DNA of 32,000 nucleotides from Mycobacterium tuberculosis H37Rv (GTDB lineage Bacteria; Actinomycetota; Actinomycetes; Mycobacteriales; Mycobacteriaceae): NCBI RefSeq assembly GCF_000195955.2, contig NC_000962.3, positions 2,850,001 to 2,882,000 of the forward strand, read 5' to 3'. Shown piece by piece: positions 18,864 to 27,830 of this stretch (position 1 is its first letter; each line of letters starts with the position of its first letter). The notes under the pieces were generated by a model. It saw only the letters and a program-made list of their open reading frames with translations, ran no database searches and was not told where the DNA came from. The position numbers and the translations under genes were made by a program.

Positions 18864-19237
18864 AGCTGATCGACACCACCATCGCGGTCGACCACCTTCG
18901 CGGCGAACCCGCGGCAGCCGTGCTGCTCGCCGAACTGATAAACAACGGTGAGGAGATCGCGGCCAGCGAGCTGGTCCGATTCGAACTCCTCGCCGGTGTG
19001 CGGGAAAGCGAACTCGCGGCGCTCGAGGCCTTCTTCTCGGCAGTGGTGTGGACCCTGGTGACCGAGGACATTGCCCGGATCGGCGGACGACTCGCCCGTC
19101 GATACCGGTCCAGCCACCGCGGTATCGACGACGTGGACTACCTGATCGCTGCGACCGCCATTGTGGTCGACGCCGACCTGCTCACCACCAATGTGCGCCA
19201 CTTCCCGATGTTCCCGGATCTGCAGCCGCCGTACTGA
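18860..19237 (+). CDS. vapC19: PIN-domain toxin (VapC19)
   Basis: 125 aa from GTG 18860, [15 protein letters not shown]...[23 protein letters not shown]. Confidence 0.85.
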
Positions 19238-19252
19238 GCACTCCCTGGGGCA

Positions 19253-19627
19253 TCAGCCTTGGTCGGCGATGAGTTGTTCGATGAGCTCGACGATGCGCTG
19301 TTGGCCGGCGGCGGCCCCGTCCAGCTTGCCTCGCATCTCGGTGAATCCGTCGTCGACTCGACTAAAACGTTCTTCTACGTGACTGAAACGTTCGGTCATC
19401 TCTTCCCGCAGGGCGGTGAAATCTTCTCGCAGGGCGTTGAAGCTACCGATTGTAGCTCGCCGGAAGTCGCGGAACTCGCCAACGAACTCCGTGACATCGC
19501 GATCGGCCGCGCCGGCTAGCACGCGAGCGGCGGCGGCATCCTGTTCGCTGGCCCGCACGCGGTCAGCCAGCTCACGCACTTGGGATTCCAGCGCGGTGAC
19601 CCGTTGTTCGAGGTTCTCGGGCAGCAC
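19253..19627 (-). CDS. small coiled-coil protein of unknown function (Rv2548A-like)
   Basis: 124 aa, GTG start, preceded by TAGGAT (+ coordinates 19634-19639) at N6. Heptad-like repeats: FNALRED/FTALREE/MTERFSH/EERFSRV/GFTEMRG. Confidence 0.6.
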   Translation of the reverse strand: MLPENLEQRVTALESQVRELADRVRASEQDAAAARVLAGAADRDVTEFVGEFRDFRRATIGSFNALREDFTALREEMTERFSHVEERFSRVDDGFTEMRGKLDGAAAGQQRIVELIEQLIADQG

Positions 19628-19726
19628 GAGCGAATCCTACCGCGATTCAACGCAACGCAGCCCTGTCCCGGGCGGACACCGGCATTGGGTGCACGTCGGA
19701 TAAGCAGGGCTGAGCGGGGCTCGGCT

Positions 19727-20122
19727 CTACTCGGGTCTTACCTCGACAAATCCGGCCGCGCTGAAGTCACCATCGAAGGCATACGCATTTTGGATGCCTT
19801 TCTTTCGCATCACCGCGAAGCTCGTGGCATCGACGAACGAGTACTCTCGCTCGTCGTGGCGTACAAGCCATTCCCATGCCTGCTCTTCCAGGTCGGCTGT
19901 TACGTGCTCGACGCGAACGACGGTGCTCAAGCGGATTGCAGCGGCGGCAACCGCCGCGCGGTGACCGCAGCGCCGGTTGAGCAGCGTCCAGGTCTCGCCC
20001 AGGACATGGTTGGAGGTCATCACCACGGGCGGTTTGCTGGCCCACAACCTCTTCGCGGTGCCGTGCCGAGCGTCGCCGGCGTTGCCAAGTGCAGCCCAGA
20101 AGGACGTGTCGACGAAGATCAT
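19727..20122 (-). CDS. vapC20: PIN-domain toxin VapC20
   Basis: 131 aa, MIFVDTSFWAAL...FVDATSFAVM...AFDGDF. As I recall, it is known as a 23S rRNA sarcin-ricin-loop endonuclease. Confidence 0.9.
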   Translation of the reverse strand: MIFVDTSFWAALGNAGDARHGTAKRLWASKPPVVMTSNHVLGETWTLLNRRCGHRAAVAAAAIRLSTVVRVEHVTADLEEQAWEWLVRHDEREYSFVDATSFAVMRKKGIQNAYAFDGDFSAAGFVEVRPE

Positions 20123-20364
20123 TCGTGCTTTCCGTAAACCACGTCGTCGACGGACGCGGACAAGTCGGCTTCCCCCACGAACGATCCGACGAAGGCATCG
20201 ACCGGATCTGGGCCCGGCTGCCGGAGGTGCTCAGCGACGTACTCCCGGATCAGCGCCGCCTTCGACGTCCGCCGCCGTCGCGCTTCAACAGCAAGCGCTC
20301 GGTCAACGTCTTCGTCGATGTAGATCTGCAGCCTTTTCACATGGCAAATATACGCCACTAGCAT
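20119..20364 (-). CDS. vapB20: ribbon-helix-helix antitoxin VapB20 (probable true start GTG 20340)
   Basis: The track gives 81 aa from ATG 20364. The RHH strand begins at VKRLQIYIDEDVDRALAVEARRR, and GTG 20340 has TATATT at N6 upstream. Confidence 0.85.
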   Translation of the reverse strand: MLVAYICHVKRLQIYIDEDVDRALAVEARRRRTSKAALIREYVAEHLRQPGPDPVDAFVGSFVGEADLSASVDDVVYGKHE

Positions 20365-20376
20365 AATGCTGTATAC
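20347..20376 (-). promoter_or_regulatory. vapB20 -10 (TATATT, + coordinates 20347-20352) plus palindromes AGCATaATGCT (20360-20370) and GTATAC (20371-20376)
   Basis: Read directly. The palindromes sit about -20 to -36 relative to GTG 20340. Confidence 0.45.
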
Positions 20377-20524
20377 ATCGGTAGCCGAGAATCGGATGCT
20401 TGCCGCTGGCTGCCGAGTTTGTTGAACTCGCCGCCGTGGTGACCTGGATGAAGTGTGCCCGCCGAAACTGCCGCCGCCCGACTAGGCGACTGGCCAAAGC
20501 GATGACAGTGCTGACTTCTGTACA

Positions 20525-20550
20525 GGGGCGAAGCGAGTGTCCGCCCCTTT
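20525..20550. terminator. GC hairpin GGGGCG-n11-CGCCCC followed by TTT on the + strand
   Basis: Stem 20525-20530 / 20542-20547, TTT at 20548-20550. It lies in the 410-bp gap between the A24 peptidase gene and vapB20. Confidence 0.35.
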
Positions 20551-20702
20551 ACGCGCGTCGTAATCAGCCGCTGAGTTCGCCATGGTTCCCATGCAAGATC
20601 GCTCACGTTCGAGCCCGGCGCGCGGTGACCGACATGAAACTCCCGTTACGAGCAAGCATGCGGCAACGCCGCCTCGACGGCGACGGTCCAAGCTGTCCTC
20701 TG

Positions 20703-20735
20703 AACGAATCAGGTTGCGCTAAGCCAAGATTCGTT
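20703..20735 (-). terminator. 8-bp stem hairpin 40-70 nt downstream of the aroE-operon end
   Basis: aacgaatc (20703-20710) pairs with gattcgtt (20728-20735) across a 17-nt loop. There is no U tract. Confidence 0.25.
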
Positions 20736-20774
20736 GTCAAACGACCTCTGGTCTACACTGATATCGCGCCAATC

Positions 20775-21194
20775 TCAGCCCAGCAGCGCCAACCCCACCG
20801 CCCCCAGGCTGGCCACACACATCGACGGCCCGTGCGGCAGGGTGCGGACACCCCATGGCGTCACCATCACGCCGCACACCGCGGTCAGCAGCGGCGCGGC
20901 CAGCGCCGCCAGAAACCACACCTCGACCCCGAAGCAGCCGGTCAGCCCGCCCAGACCGATCGCCAGCTTGACGTCACCGGCGCCCATCGCGGCGGGCAAA
21001 GCCAGGTGCACCAGCAGGTACACCCCGGCCAAGGCGGCCGCCCCGGCCAGCGCCGGCACACCGCGGCCGGCAAGGCCCGCGAAGAGCAGGATCACCCCCG
21101 CCCCGGGCAGGGTGAGCCAGTTGGGTAGCCGGCGCTGCCGGACGTCGCAAACGCACAACACTCCCATCCAGGCCAACACCGCCGCCGCCAGCAT
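20775..21194 (-). CDS. short A24-family prepilin peptidase-like membrane protein (TadV/CpaA-sized; Rv2551c-like)
   Basis: 139 aa from ATG 21194. Two Asp motifs, CVCDVRQRRLPN and AMGAGDVKLAIG (GxGDxK). Highly hydrophobic. The 371-aa track ORF is a shadow extension over aroE. Confidence 0.75.
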   Translation of the reverse strand: MLAAAVLAWMGVLCVCDVRQRRLPNWLTLPGAGVILLFAGLAGRGVPALAGAAALAGVYLLVHLALPAAMGAGDVKLAIGLGGLTGCFGVEVWFLAALAAPLLTAVCGVMVTPWGVRTLPHGPSMCVASLGAVGLALLG

Positions 21195-21205
21195 GCTGGG
21201 GCACG

Positions 21206-22015
21206 CTAGTCCAACGCGGCCAGCGCGCAAGTCATCGCTTCGCGGGGGGCGGGTAGCCCGGTGAACTGCTCCACCTGCGCGAACGCCTGATGCAGCAACA
21301 TCTGCAGCCCGCTGATCACCCGCCCGCCCGCCGATCCGACCGCGGCGGCCAGCGGTGTGGGCCACGGATCGTAGATGGCGTCCAACAGCACCGGGATCGC
21401 GGCCAAGGTGCCGGCATACCCCGCGGCCACCTCCGCTGGAATGGTGCTGACCAGCACTTCCGCGGCGGCCACCGCATCGGCCAACCCACCGCTGTCGAAC
21501 GCGCAGAACCGGGTCGCCACGCCGACCCGTGTGCCCAGGTCCACCAGCCGGGCCGCCTTGTCCGAGTTGCGCGCCACCACGGTGATGTCGGTGACCCCGA
21601 GTTCGGCCAGCCCCACCACGGCCGCCGGTGCGGTCCCCCCGGACCCCAGCACCAGCGCGTGTCCAGCAGCCGCCCCCAACGCCCCGGCCACCCCGTCGAT
21701 GTCGGTGTTGTCGGCCCGCCAGCCATGCGGCGTCCGAACCAGGGTGTTGGCCGAACCGACAAGGTCCGCGCGTGCGGTGCGCTCGTCGGCGAACCGCAGG
21801 GCGGCGAACTTGCCCGGCATGGTCACCGAAACACCGACCCACTCCGGTCCGAAACCACCGACCACGACGGGCAACTCGGCCGCACCGCATTCGATGCGCT
21901 CATAGGTCCAGTCGTGCAGCCCCAACGCCCGGTAGGCGGCCAGGTGCAGCTGCGGGGAGCGGGAATGCGCGATCGGCGAACCAAGCACGCCGGCTTTTTT
22001 GGGACCTTCGCTCAT
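21206..22015 (-). CDS. aroE: shikimate 5-dehydrogenase
   Basis: 269 aa from ATG 22015 ([24 protein letters not shown]...NTDIDG...LGSGGTAPAA). ATGA overlap with the mltG stop. Confidence 0.9.
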   Translation of the reverse strand: MSEGPKKAGVLGSPIAHSRSPQLHLAAYRALGLHDWTYERIECGAAELPVVVGGFGPEWVGVSVTMPGKFAALRFADERTARADLVGSANTLVRTPHGWRADNTDIDGVAGALGAAAGHALVLGSGGTAPAAVVGLAELGVTDITVVARNSDKAARLVDLGTRVGVATRFCAFDSGGLADAVAAAEVLVSTIPAEVAAGYAGTLAAIPVLLDAIYDPWPTPLAAAVGSAGGRVISGLQMLLHQAFAQVEQFTGLPAPREAMTCALAALD

Positions 22016-23265
22016 CGCGCGCTGTCGAGGACACCGTTGTGTTTGGCCAGCTCGATGTTCGCCAGATGCTGCTGATAGTCCCTGGTGAACAGCGTCGTGC
22101 CCTGGGAATCGATGGTGACGAAGTACAGCCAGTCGCCAGGTACTGGATGCTCGGCGGCGCGCAGCGCGTCGACGCCGGGCGAACAGATCGCGGTGGCCGG
22201 CAGCCCCTGGGCCATGTAGGTGTTCCACGGTGTGCGCTGGGCACGGTCGGTGTCGCTGGTGGCCACCTCACGGCGATCCAGCGGATAGTTCACGGTCGAG
22301 TCGAACTCCAACGTGCGGTGTTCGTGCAGCCGGTTGTAGATGACCCGGGCCACCTTCGGGAAATCCTGGGTGTTGGCTTCCTGCTGCACCAGCGAGGCCA
22401 CCACGAGAATGTCATAGGGCGACAGGCCCAGCGACTTTGCGGTGTCTACCAACCCGGATTTCATGTACTCCACGGCGCCGGCGCTGATCAAGGTCGCCAA
22501 GATGGTTTCAGCCGATGCCGACGGGTCGATGTTGAAGGTCCCCGGTGCGATCAGCCCCTCGATCCGGCGATGGTCAGTGCCCAGCTCCATCACCGGCCCA
22601 ACCGCCCAGCGCGGCACTGACAGCATCGTCGGCGTGCTCCTGCTCGCCGCCGCGCGGAGGTCGGCCACCGAGACGCAGCGTTGGGTACCGTCGAGATCCA
22701 CACAGGTGGCACGGGAGATCAGCGCGAATATGCCAGGATTCACCACGTTGGTCTTCATGTCGGTGGTGTCGTCGAGCTGACGCCCTTCCGGTATGACCAA
22801 CTTCCCCACCCGGTTGTGCGGATCGGTAAGCCGCGCGACAGCGGAAGCCGCCGAAATCTCGGTTCGCATCCGATAGAACCCGGGTTGGATCGAGGAAATC
22901 GCGGTGTTGCCGTGCGCGGCATCGACGAATGCTCGGACGGTGGCCACTACACCGTGTTTGAGCAGCGTCTCCCCGACCGCCGTGGTCGAGTCACCGGCCC
23001 TGATCTGAATCACGATGTCTCGCTTGCCGGGACCGGTGTAGTCGTTACCGAAGCCCAACATGGTCTGCCACAACTTGGCGCCGACGACGACGGCCACCAC
23101 CACCACCACGACGAGCAGGCTCAGGGCAAATCCGCCGGCGACGCGCCGTCGCCGGCGGATTTGTTGGGCGTGTCGGCGCTGAGCGCGGCTGACTCGGGTC
23201 CTGCGGTGCCGGTTCGGTCTTACCGACACCGGCTGGGCGCGGTGGCGGTGGCCACCGTCAGGCAT
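22012..23265 (-). CDS. mltG: YceG/MltG endolytic murein transglycosylase
   Basis: 417 aa from ATG 23265. N-terminal Arg-rich region plus a TM segment, then SLVQQEANT...[30 protein letters not shown]...LYFVT. Confidence 0.9.
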   Translation of the reverse strand: MPDGGHRHRAQPVSVRPNRHRRTRVSRAQRRHAQQIRRRRRVAGGFALSLLVVVVVVAVVVGAKLWQTMLGFGNDYTGPGKRDIVIQIRAGDSTTAVGETLLKHGVVATVRAFVDAAHGNTAISSIQPGFYRMRTEISAASAVARLTDPHNRVGKLVIPEGRQLDDTTDMKTNVVNPGIFALISRATCVDLDGTQRCVSVADLRAAASRSTPTMLSVPRWAVGPVMELGTDHRRIEGLIAPGTFNIDPSASAETILATLISAGAVEYMKSGLVDTAKSLGLSPYDILVVASLVQQEANTQDFPKVARVIYNRLHEHRTLEFDSTVNYPLDRREVATSDTDRAQRTPWNTYMAQGLPATAICSPGVDALRAAEHPVPGDWLYFVTIDSQGTTLFTRDYQQHLANIELAKHNGVLDSAR

Positions 23266-23770
23266 CGGAGCCTTCTTGAGTCCCGGCCATCGCCGCGAGA
23301 CGTTCATCCAGCCAGCTCTGCAGTATTGCCACTGCGGCCGCTTGGTCGATCACCGCACGCTGCTCGGAGGCCCGCACCCCCGCCTGCCGCAAAGATCGTT
23401 GAGCACTGACCGTGGTGAGCCGCTCGTCGGCCAGCCGCACCGGCGTAGGAGAAACACGGCGTGCCAGCGCCTCGGCCAGTTCGATTGCGTCTTGGGCCGA
23501 GCGGCCGATGCGGTCGGCCAGCGTGCGCGGGAGCCCGACGATCACCTCGACCGCCTCCAACTCGGCGGCCAGCGCAGCCAGCCTGCGCAGGTGCTTGCCG
23601 GAACGATCGCGGCGCACCGTTTCCACCGGGGTGGCCAAGATCGCGTCCGGGTCGCTGCAAGCCACGCCGATACGCGCGGCGCCCACGTCGATACCGAGGC
23701 GTCGTCCCCGTCCAGGGTCGTGCGCTGGATCGCCGGGCCGGTCGGGCGGGCGGTGCTGTGCTGGGACCAC
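23258..23770 (-). CDS. ruvX: YqgF/RuvX putative pre-16S rRNA nuclease (Holliday-junction-resolvase-like)
   Basis: 170 aa, [18 protein letters not shown]... Its start abuts the alaS stop, and it overlaps the mltG start by 8 nt. Confidence 0.9.
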   Translation of the reverse strand: MVPAQHRPPDRPGDPAHDPGRGRRLGIDVGAARIGVACSDPDAILATPVETVRRDRSGKHLRRLAALAAELEAVEVIVGLPRTLADRIGRSAQDAIELAEALARRVSPTPVRLADERLTTVSAQRSLRQAGVRASEQRAVIDQAAAVAILQSWLDERLAAMAGTQEGSDA

Positions 23771-26485
23771 TCAACCGACCCGCGCTATCACGGCGATCTC
23801 GGAGCGGACCGCGTCGAGCGCGGCGTCGATACCGGTCGGATTCTTTCCCGAGCCCTGCGCCAGGTCCGCCTTACCGCCACCGCGGCCTTCGACCGCCACC
23901 GCAAGTTGTTTGACCAGGTCGTTGGCACGGATTCCGAGGTCCTGGGCAGCGGGATTGGCCGCGACCGCATACGGCACAGTTTGGCTTTCGCCCTCGGCAA
24001 TCAGCGCCACCACCGCCGGCTCGCTACCCAGCTTGCCGCGGATGTCGCCGATCAACGACCGCAGGTCTGCCGCGGTCATCCCGCCGGACATTCGCTGCGC
24101 CACCAAACGGACGTTACCGATCCGCTGAGCCCCGGCGGCGGCATTGGTGGCGGCTGCCCGGGCGCTGGCCATCCGGACACGTTCGAGTTCCTTCTCGGCG
24201 GCCCGCAGGCGCTCCACTAGATTGGCCACCCGGGCCGGTACCTCTTCGGACGGCACCTTCAGTGACGAGGCCAACCCGGCCATCAACGCACGCTCCTTGG
24301 CCAGGTGACGAAACGAATCCAACCCCACGTAGGCCTCCACCCGGCGCACCCCGGAGCCGATCGACGACTCGCCCAGGATCGTCACGGGACCGATCTGCGC
24401 CGTGTTGCTCACATGGGTGCCGCCACATAGCTCCAGCGAGAACGGTCCACCCATCTCCACCACCCGCACTTCGTCGGGGTAGCTCTCGCCGAACAGCGCG
24501 ATGGCACCCATCGCCTTGGCCTTGTCGAGCTGTTCGGTGAACGTGCGCACCTCGAAGTCCGCTTGCACGGCCTCGTTGGTGACCTCTTCGACCTGGGTGC
24601 GCTGGTCGTCGGTCAACGGACCCTGCCAGTTAAAGTCGAAGCGCAAATATCCCGGCCGGTTCAGCGATCCCGCCTGAACCGCGTTGGGCCCCAGCACTTG
24701 TCGCAGCGCGGCATGCACCATGTGGGTGCCCGAGTGGCCCTGCGTGGCACCCCGGCGCCACCCGGGATCCACCGCCGCGATTACGGTGTCACCCTCGACG
24801 AATTCCCCGGATTCCACGTTGACTCGGTGCACCCAAAGCGTTTTGGCGATCTTCTGCACGTCGGTAACCGCGGCCCGGGCAGCTTCGCTGGAACCGGTTC
24901 CGCTGATGGTGCCCTCATCGGCGATCTGCCCACCCGATTCGGCGTAGAGCGGGGTGCGATCTAAGACAAGTTCGACACGCTGCCCTTCCCCGGCTCCGCC
25001 GGCTACACCGTGCGCCACCACCGGAACCCGCTTACCGTCGACGAAGATGCCCAGAATCCGCGCCTGGGAACGCAACTCGTCGAATCCGGTGAACTCGGTG
25101 GCGCCGGCGTCAACCAGCTCGCGGTAGGCGCTCAGGTCAGCATGCGCGTGTTTGCGCGCGGCGGCGTCGGCCTTGGCACGGCGGCGCTGCTCGGCCATCA
25201 GCTCACGGAACCCGATTTCGTCTACCTGCAGACCGGTTTCGGCCGCCATCTCCAGCGTGAGCTCGATCGGGAACCCGTAGGTGTCATGCAACGTGAAAGC
25301 GTCCGATCCGGACAGCACGGTGGCTCCGGATTTCTTGGTGGAGCTAGCCACCTCCTCGAACAGCCTGGAACCCGACGCCAGCGTGCGGTTGAACGCCGTC
25401 TCCTCGGCGACCGCGATCCGGCTGATCCGCTCGAAGTCGGCGACGAGTTCGGGATATGACGGGCCCATCGCGTTGCGCACCGTGGCCATCAGGTCGCCAA
25501 CGATCGCAGCGTCGATGCCCAGCAGCTTGGCGGAGCGGATCACCCGACGCAGCAGCCGGCGCAGCACATAACCGCGACCGTCGTTGCCGGGGCTGACGCC
25601 GTCACCGATCAGGATCGCGGCGGTGCGGCTGTGGTCTGCGATGATGCGGTACCGCACGTCGTCTTCGTGGTTGCCGACGTCGTAGGCACGCGCGGCGACC
25701 CTGGCCACGGTATCGATGACCGGCCTGAGCAGGTCGGTCTCGTAGACGTTGTGCACGTCTTGCAGCACCAGCGCGATCCGCTCGACGCCCATGCCGGTGT
25801 CGATGTTCTTGCGGGGCAGCGGCCCGAGGATCTGGTAGTCCTCCTTGGTGGTTCCCTCTCCGCGCTCGTTCTGCATGAACACCAGGTTCCAGACCTCGAG
25901 GTAGCGGTCTTCGCTGACGATGGGACCGCCTGCGGGACCGAATTCGGGTCCGCGGTCGTAATAGATCTCCGATGACGGCCCGCACGGTCCGGGAATGCCC
26001 ATCGACCAGTAGTTGTCGGCCATGCCGCGGCGCTGGATTCGCTCCGCCGGCAGCCCGGCAACCTCCTGCCATAGCCGGACAGCTTCGTCGTCGTCGAAAT
26101 AGACTGTCGTCCAGATTCTTTCCGGGTCCAGGCCGTAGCCGCCGGCGGCGAGGCTGTTGGTCAGCAGTGCCCAGGCCAGTTCAATGGCCCCGCGTTTGAA
26201 ATAGTCGCCGAAGCTGAAATTGCCGGCCATCTGAAAAAACGTGTTGTGCCGGGTGGTTATGCCCACCTCGTCGATATCGGGGGTACGGATGCACTTCTGG
26301 ATGCTGGTGGCCGTCGGGTACGGCGGCGTGCGCTGTCCCAAGAAGAAAGGCACGAACTGGACCATCCCGGCGTTGACGAACAACAGGTTGGGGTCGTCGA
26401 GGATCACCGAGGCGCTGGGCACCTCGGTGTGGCCCGCCTTCACGAAATGATCGAGGAACCGCTTCCTGATCTCGTGTGTCTGCAC
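23771..26485 (-). CDS. alaS: alanine--tRNA ligase
   Basis: 904 aa, [27 protein letters not shown]... The editing-domain motifs [11 protein letters not shown] and CGGTHV are present. Confidence 0.97.
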
Positions 26486-26575
26486 TCTACGTTCTTCCTT
26501 GATCCGTGGTTAAGTCCATTACCAGCCTATTCGCCGGATTATGAGAAGGCTGTCCGACGGCCCAATTCGGCCCGC

Positions 26576-26965
26576 TCAGCCTTCCACAAAGCTCAATCGC
26601 ACCGACCGCCGCGGATTGTCCTGGTTGAGGTCGACCAGAACGATGCTTTGCCAGGTGCCCAGCAGGGGCTGGCCCCCCGAGACCGGCACCGTCACCGACG
26701 GCGCAACAAAAGCCGGTAACAAGTGGTCGGCGCCGTGACCGTAGGACCCGTGCGCGTGCCGGTAGCGGTCGTCGCGCGGCAACAACCGCACCAGCGTGTC
26801 CACCAGATCCTCGTCGGAACCGGCGCCGGTCTCGATAATCGCAACGCCGGCCGTAGCGTGCGGGACGAACACGTTGCACAGGCCATCATCATGGGCGGTG
26901 CAGAAGGCGCGCACGGCGTCGGTGAGATCGACAATGCGGCGACGCGCGGTGTCCACATCCAGCAC
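26576..26965 (-). CDS. YjbQ/UPF0047 family protein (Rv2556c-like)
   Basis: 129 aa from GTG 26965: VFVPHATAGVAIIETGAGSDEDL...RYRHAHG...GADHLLPAF...LLGTWQSIVLVDLNQDNPRRSVRLSFVEG. Confidence 0.8.
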   Translation of the reverse strand: MLDVDTARRRIVDLTDAVRAFCTAHDDGLCNVFVPHATAGVAIIETGAGSDEDLVDTLVRLLPRDDRYRHAHGSYGHGADHLLPAFVAPSVTVPVSGGQPLLGTWQSIVLVDLNQDNPRRSVRLSFVEG

Positions 26966-27071
26966 ATCGGTATCCACCCGTCCCAGCCTACGGTGGGGGC
27001 GCGCCAACCTGCCAATCCATTGACGTCGGATTGCCCATTGCCCCGGCCGGCCCGTCGGAGGAAGGTAATGA

Positions 27072-27746
27072 TTGACCGGTGGCGCCACCGGGGCGCTGCC
27101 CCGAACAATGAAAGAGGGGTGGATCGTGTACGCGCGCTCTACCACTATTCAGGCGCAATCCGAGTGCATCGACACCGGAATTGCGCACGTTCGCGATGTG
27201 GTTATGCCCGCACTGCAGGGGATGGATGGGTGCATCGGCGTATCCCTTTTGGTCGACCGGCAATCCGGCAGGTGCATCGCCACCAGTGCCTGGGAGACCG
27301 CGGAAGCCATGCATGCAAGCCGGGAACAGGTAACGCCGATCCGCGATCGGTGCGCGGAGATGTTCGGCGGCACGCCGGCCGTCGAGGAGTGGGAGATCGC
27401 GGCGATGCATCGCGACCACCGCTCGGCCGAGGGGGCGTGTGTGCGGGCGACCTGGGTCAAGGTGCCGGCGGACCAAGTAGATCAAGGCATCGAGTACTAC
27501 AAGTCGTCCGTCCTGCCCCAAATCGAAGGCCTCGACGGATTCTGCAGCGCCAGCCTGTTGGTCGACCGCACCTCCGGGCGCGCGGTGTCTTCCGCGACCT
27601 TCGACAGCTTTGACGCCATGGAGCGCAACCGGGACCAGTCGAATGCGCTCAAGGCCACATCGCTGCGTGAGGCGGGCGGCGAGGAACTCGATGAATGCGA
27701 GTTCGAGCTGGCGCTAGCGCACCTACGGGTACCCGAGCTGGTCTGA
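27072..27746 (+). CDS. two-domain ABM/Dabb-like (ferredoxin-fold) protein, Rv2557-like
   Basis: 224 aa (TTG start; alternative GTG 27126). The two halves are internal repeats: ...[36 protein letters not shown]... and ...[36 protein letters not shown]... Confidence 0.8.
27076..27102 (+). promoter_or_regulatory. conserved leader element, copy 1: perfect 16-bp palindrome CCGGTGGCGCCACCGG plus GGGGC-gct-GCCCC hairpin
   Basis: It is part of a 31-nt block (27074-27104) identical to 27869-27899. Confidence 0.4.
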
Positions 27747-27830
27747 TCAACCCGCCGGCGGCAGTACCGGCCCGAGCCCGACGCTGGGCCGGCACTGCTG
27801 TCGTGCGTCGAGCGGCGCTCGCGGTAGGCA

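Noticed and set aside
19657-19722. Inverted repeat gcagccctg...cagggctg and a short gagc-ggg-gctc hairpin downstream of vapC20.
   Set aside because: The 8-bp stem has a 39-nt loop and the second stem is only 4 bp. That is too weak to call a terminator without 3'-end data.
20400-21128. 242-aa plus-strand ORF starting in the 410-bp gap and running antisense through the A24 peptidase gene.
   Set aside because: It is Arg/Gln/Pro-rich junk with no start context, and it sits opposite a well-supported membrane-protein frame.
21290-24220. Plus-strand ORFs of 240-330 aa antisense to aroE, mltG, ruvX and alaS (21290-22075, 21628-22620, 22681-23409, 23276-24220).
   Set aside because: These are shadow ORFs opposite strongly supported minus-strand genes. 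They have no motifs and a junk-like composition.
26486-26575. The alaS 5' region was inspected for a T-box or other riboswitch-like leader.
   Set aside because: It is only ~90 nt long. I saw no specifier/T-box (AGAGA...GGTGGTACCGCG-like) elements and no convincing terminator/antiterminator pair. It looks like just an SD (aaggaag) before the GTG.
27068-27613. ATG 27068 has the best-looking RBS of the region (GGAGGG, 6 nt spacer) and opens a long frame ([21 protein letters not shown]...).
   Set aside because: The frame is Arg/His-rich and out of phase with the conserved protein. The paralogous leader (27850-27870) has no ATG at the equivalent place. I treat the GGAGG box as part of the leader or as the RBS of the TTG start.
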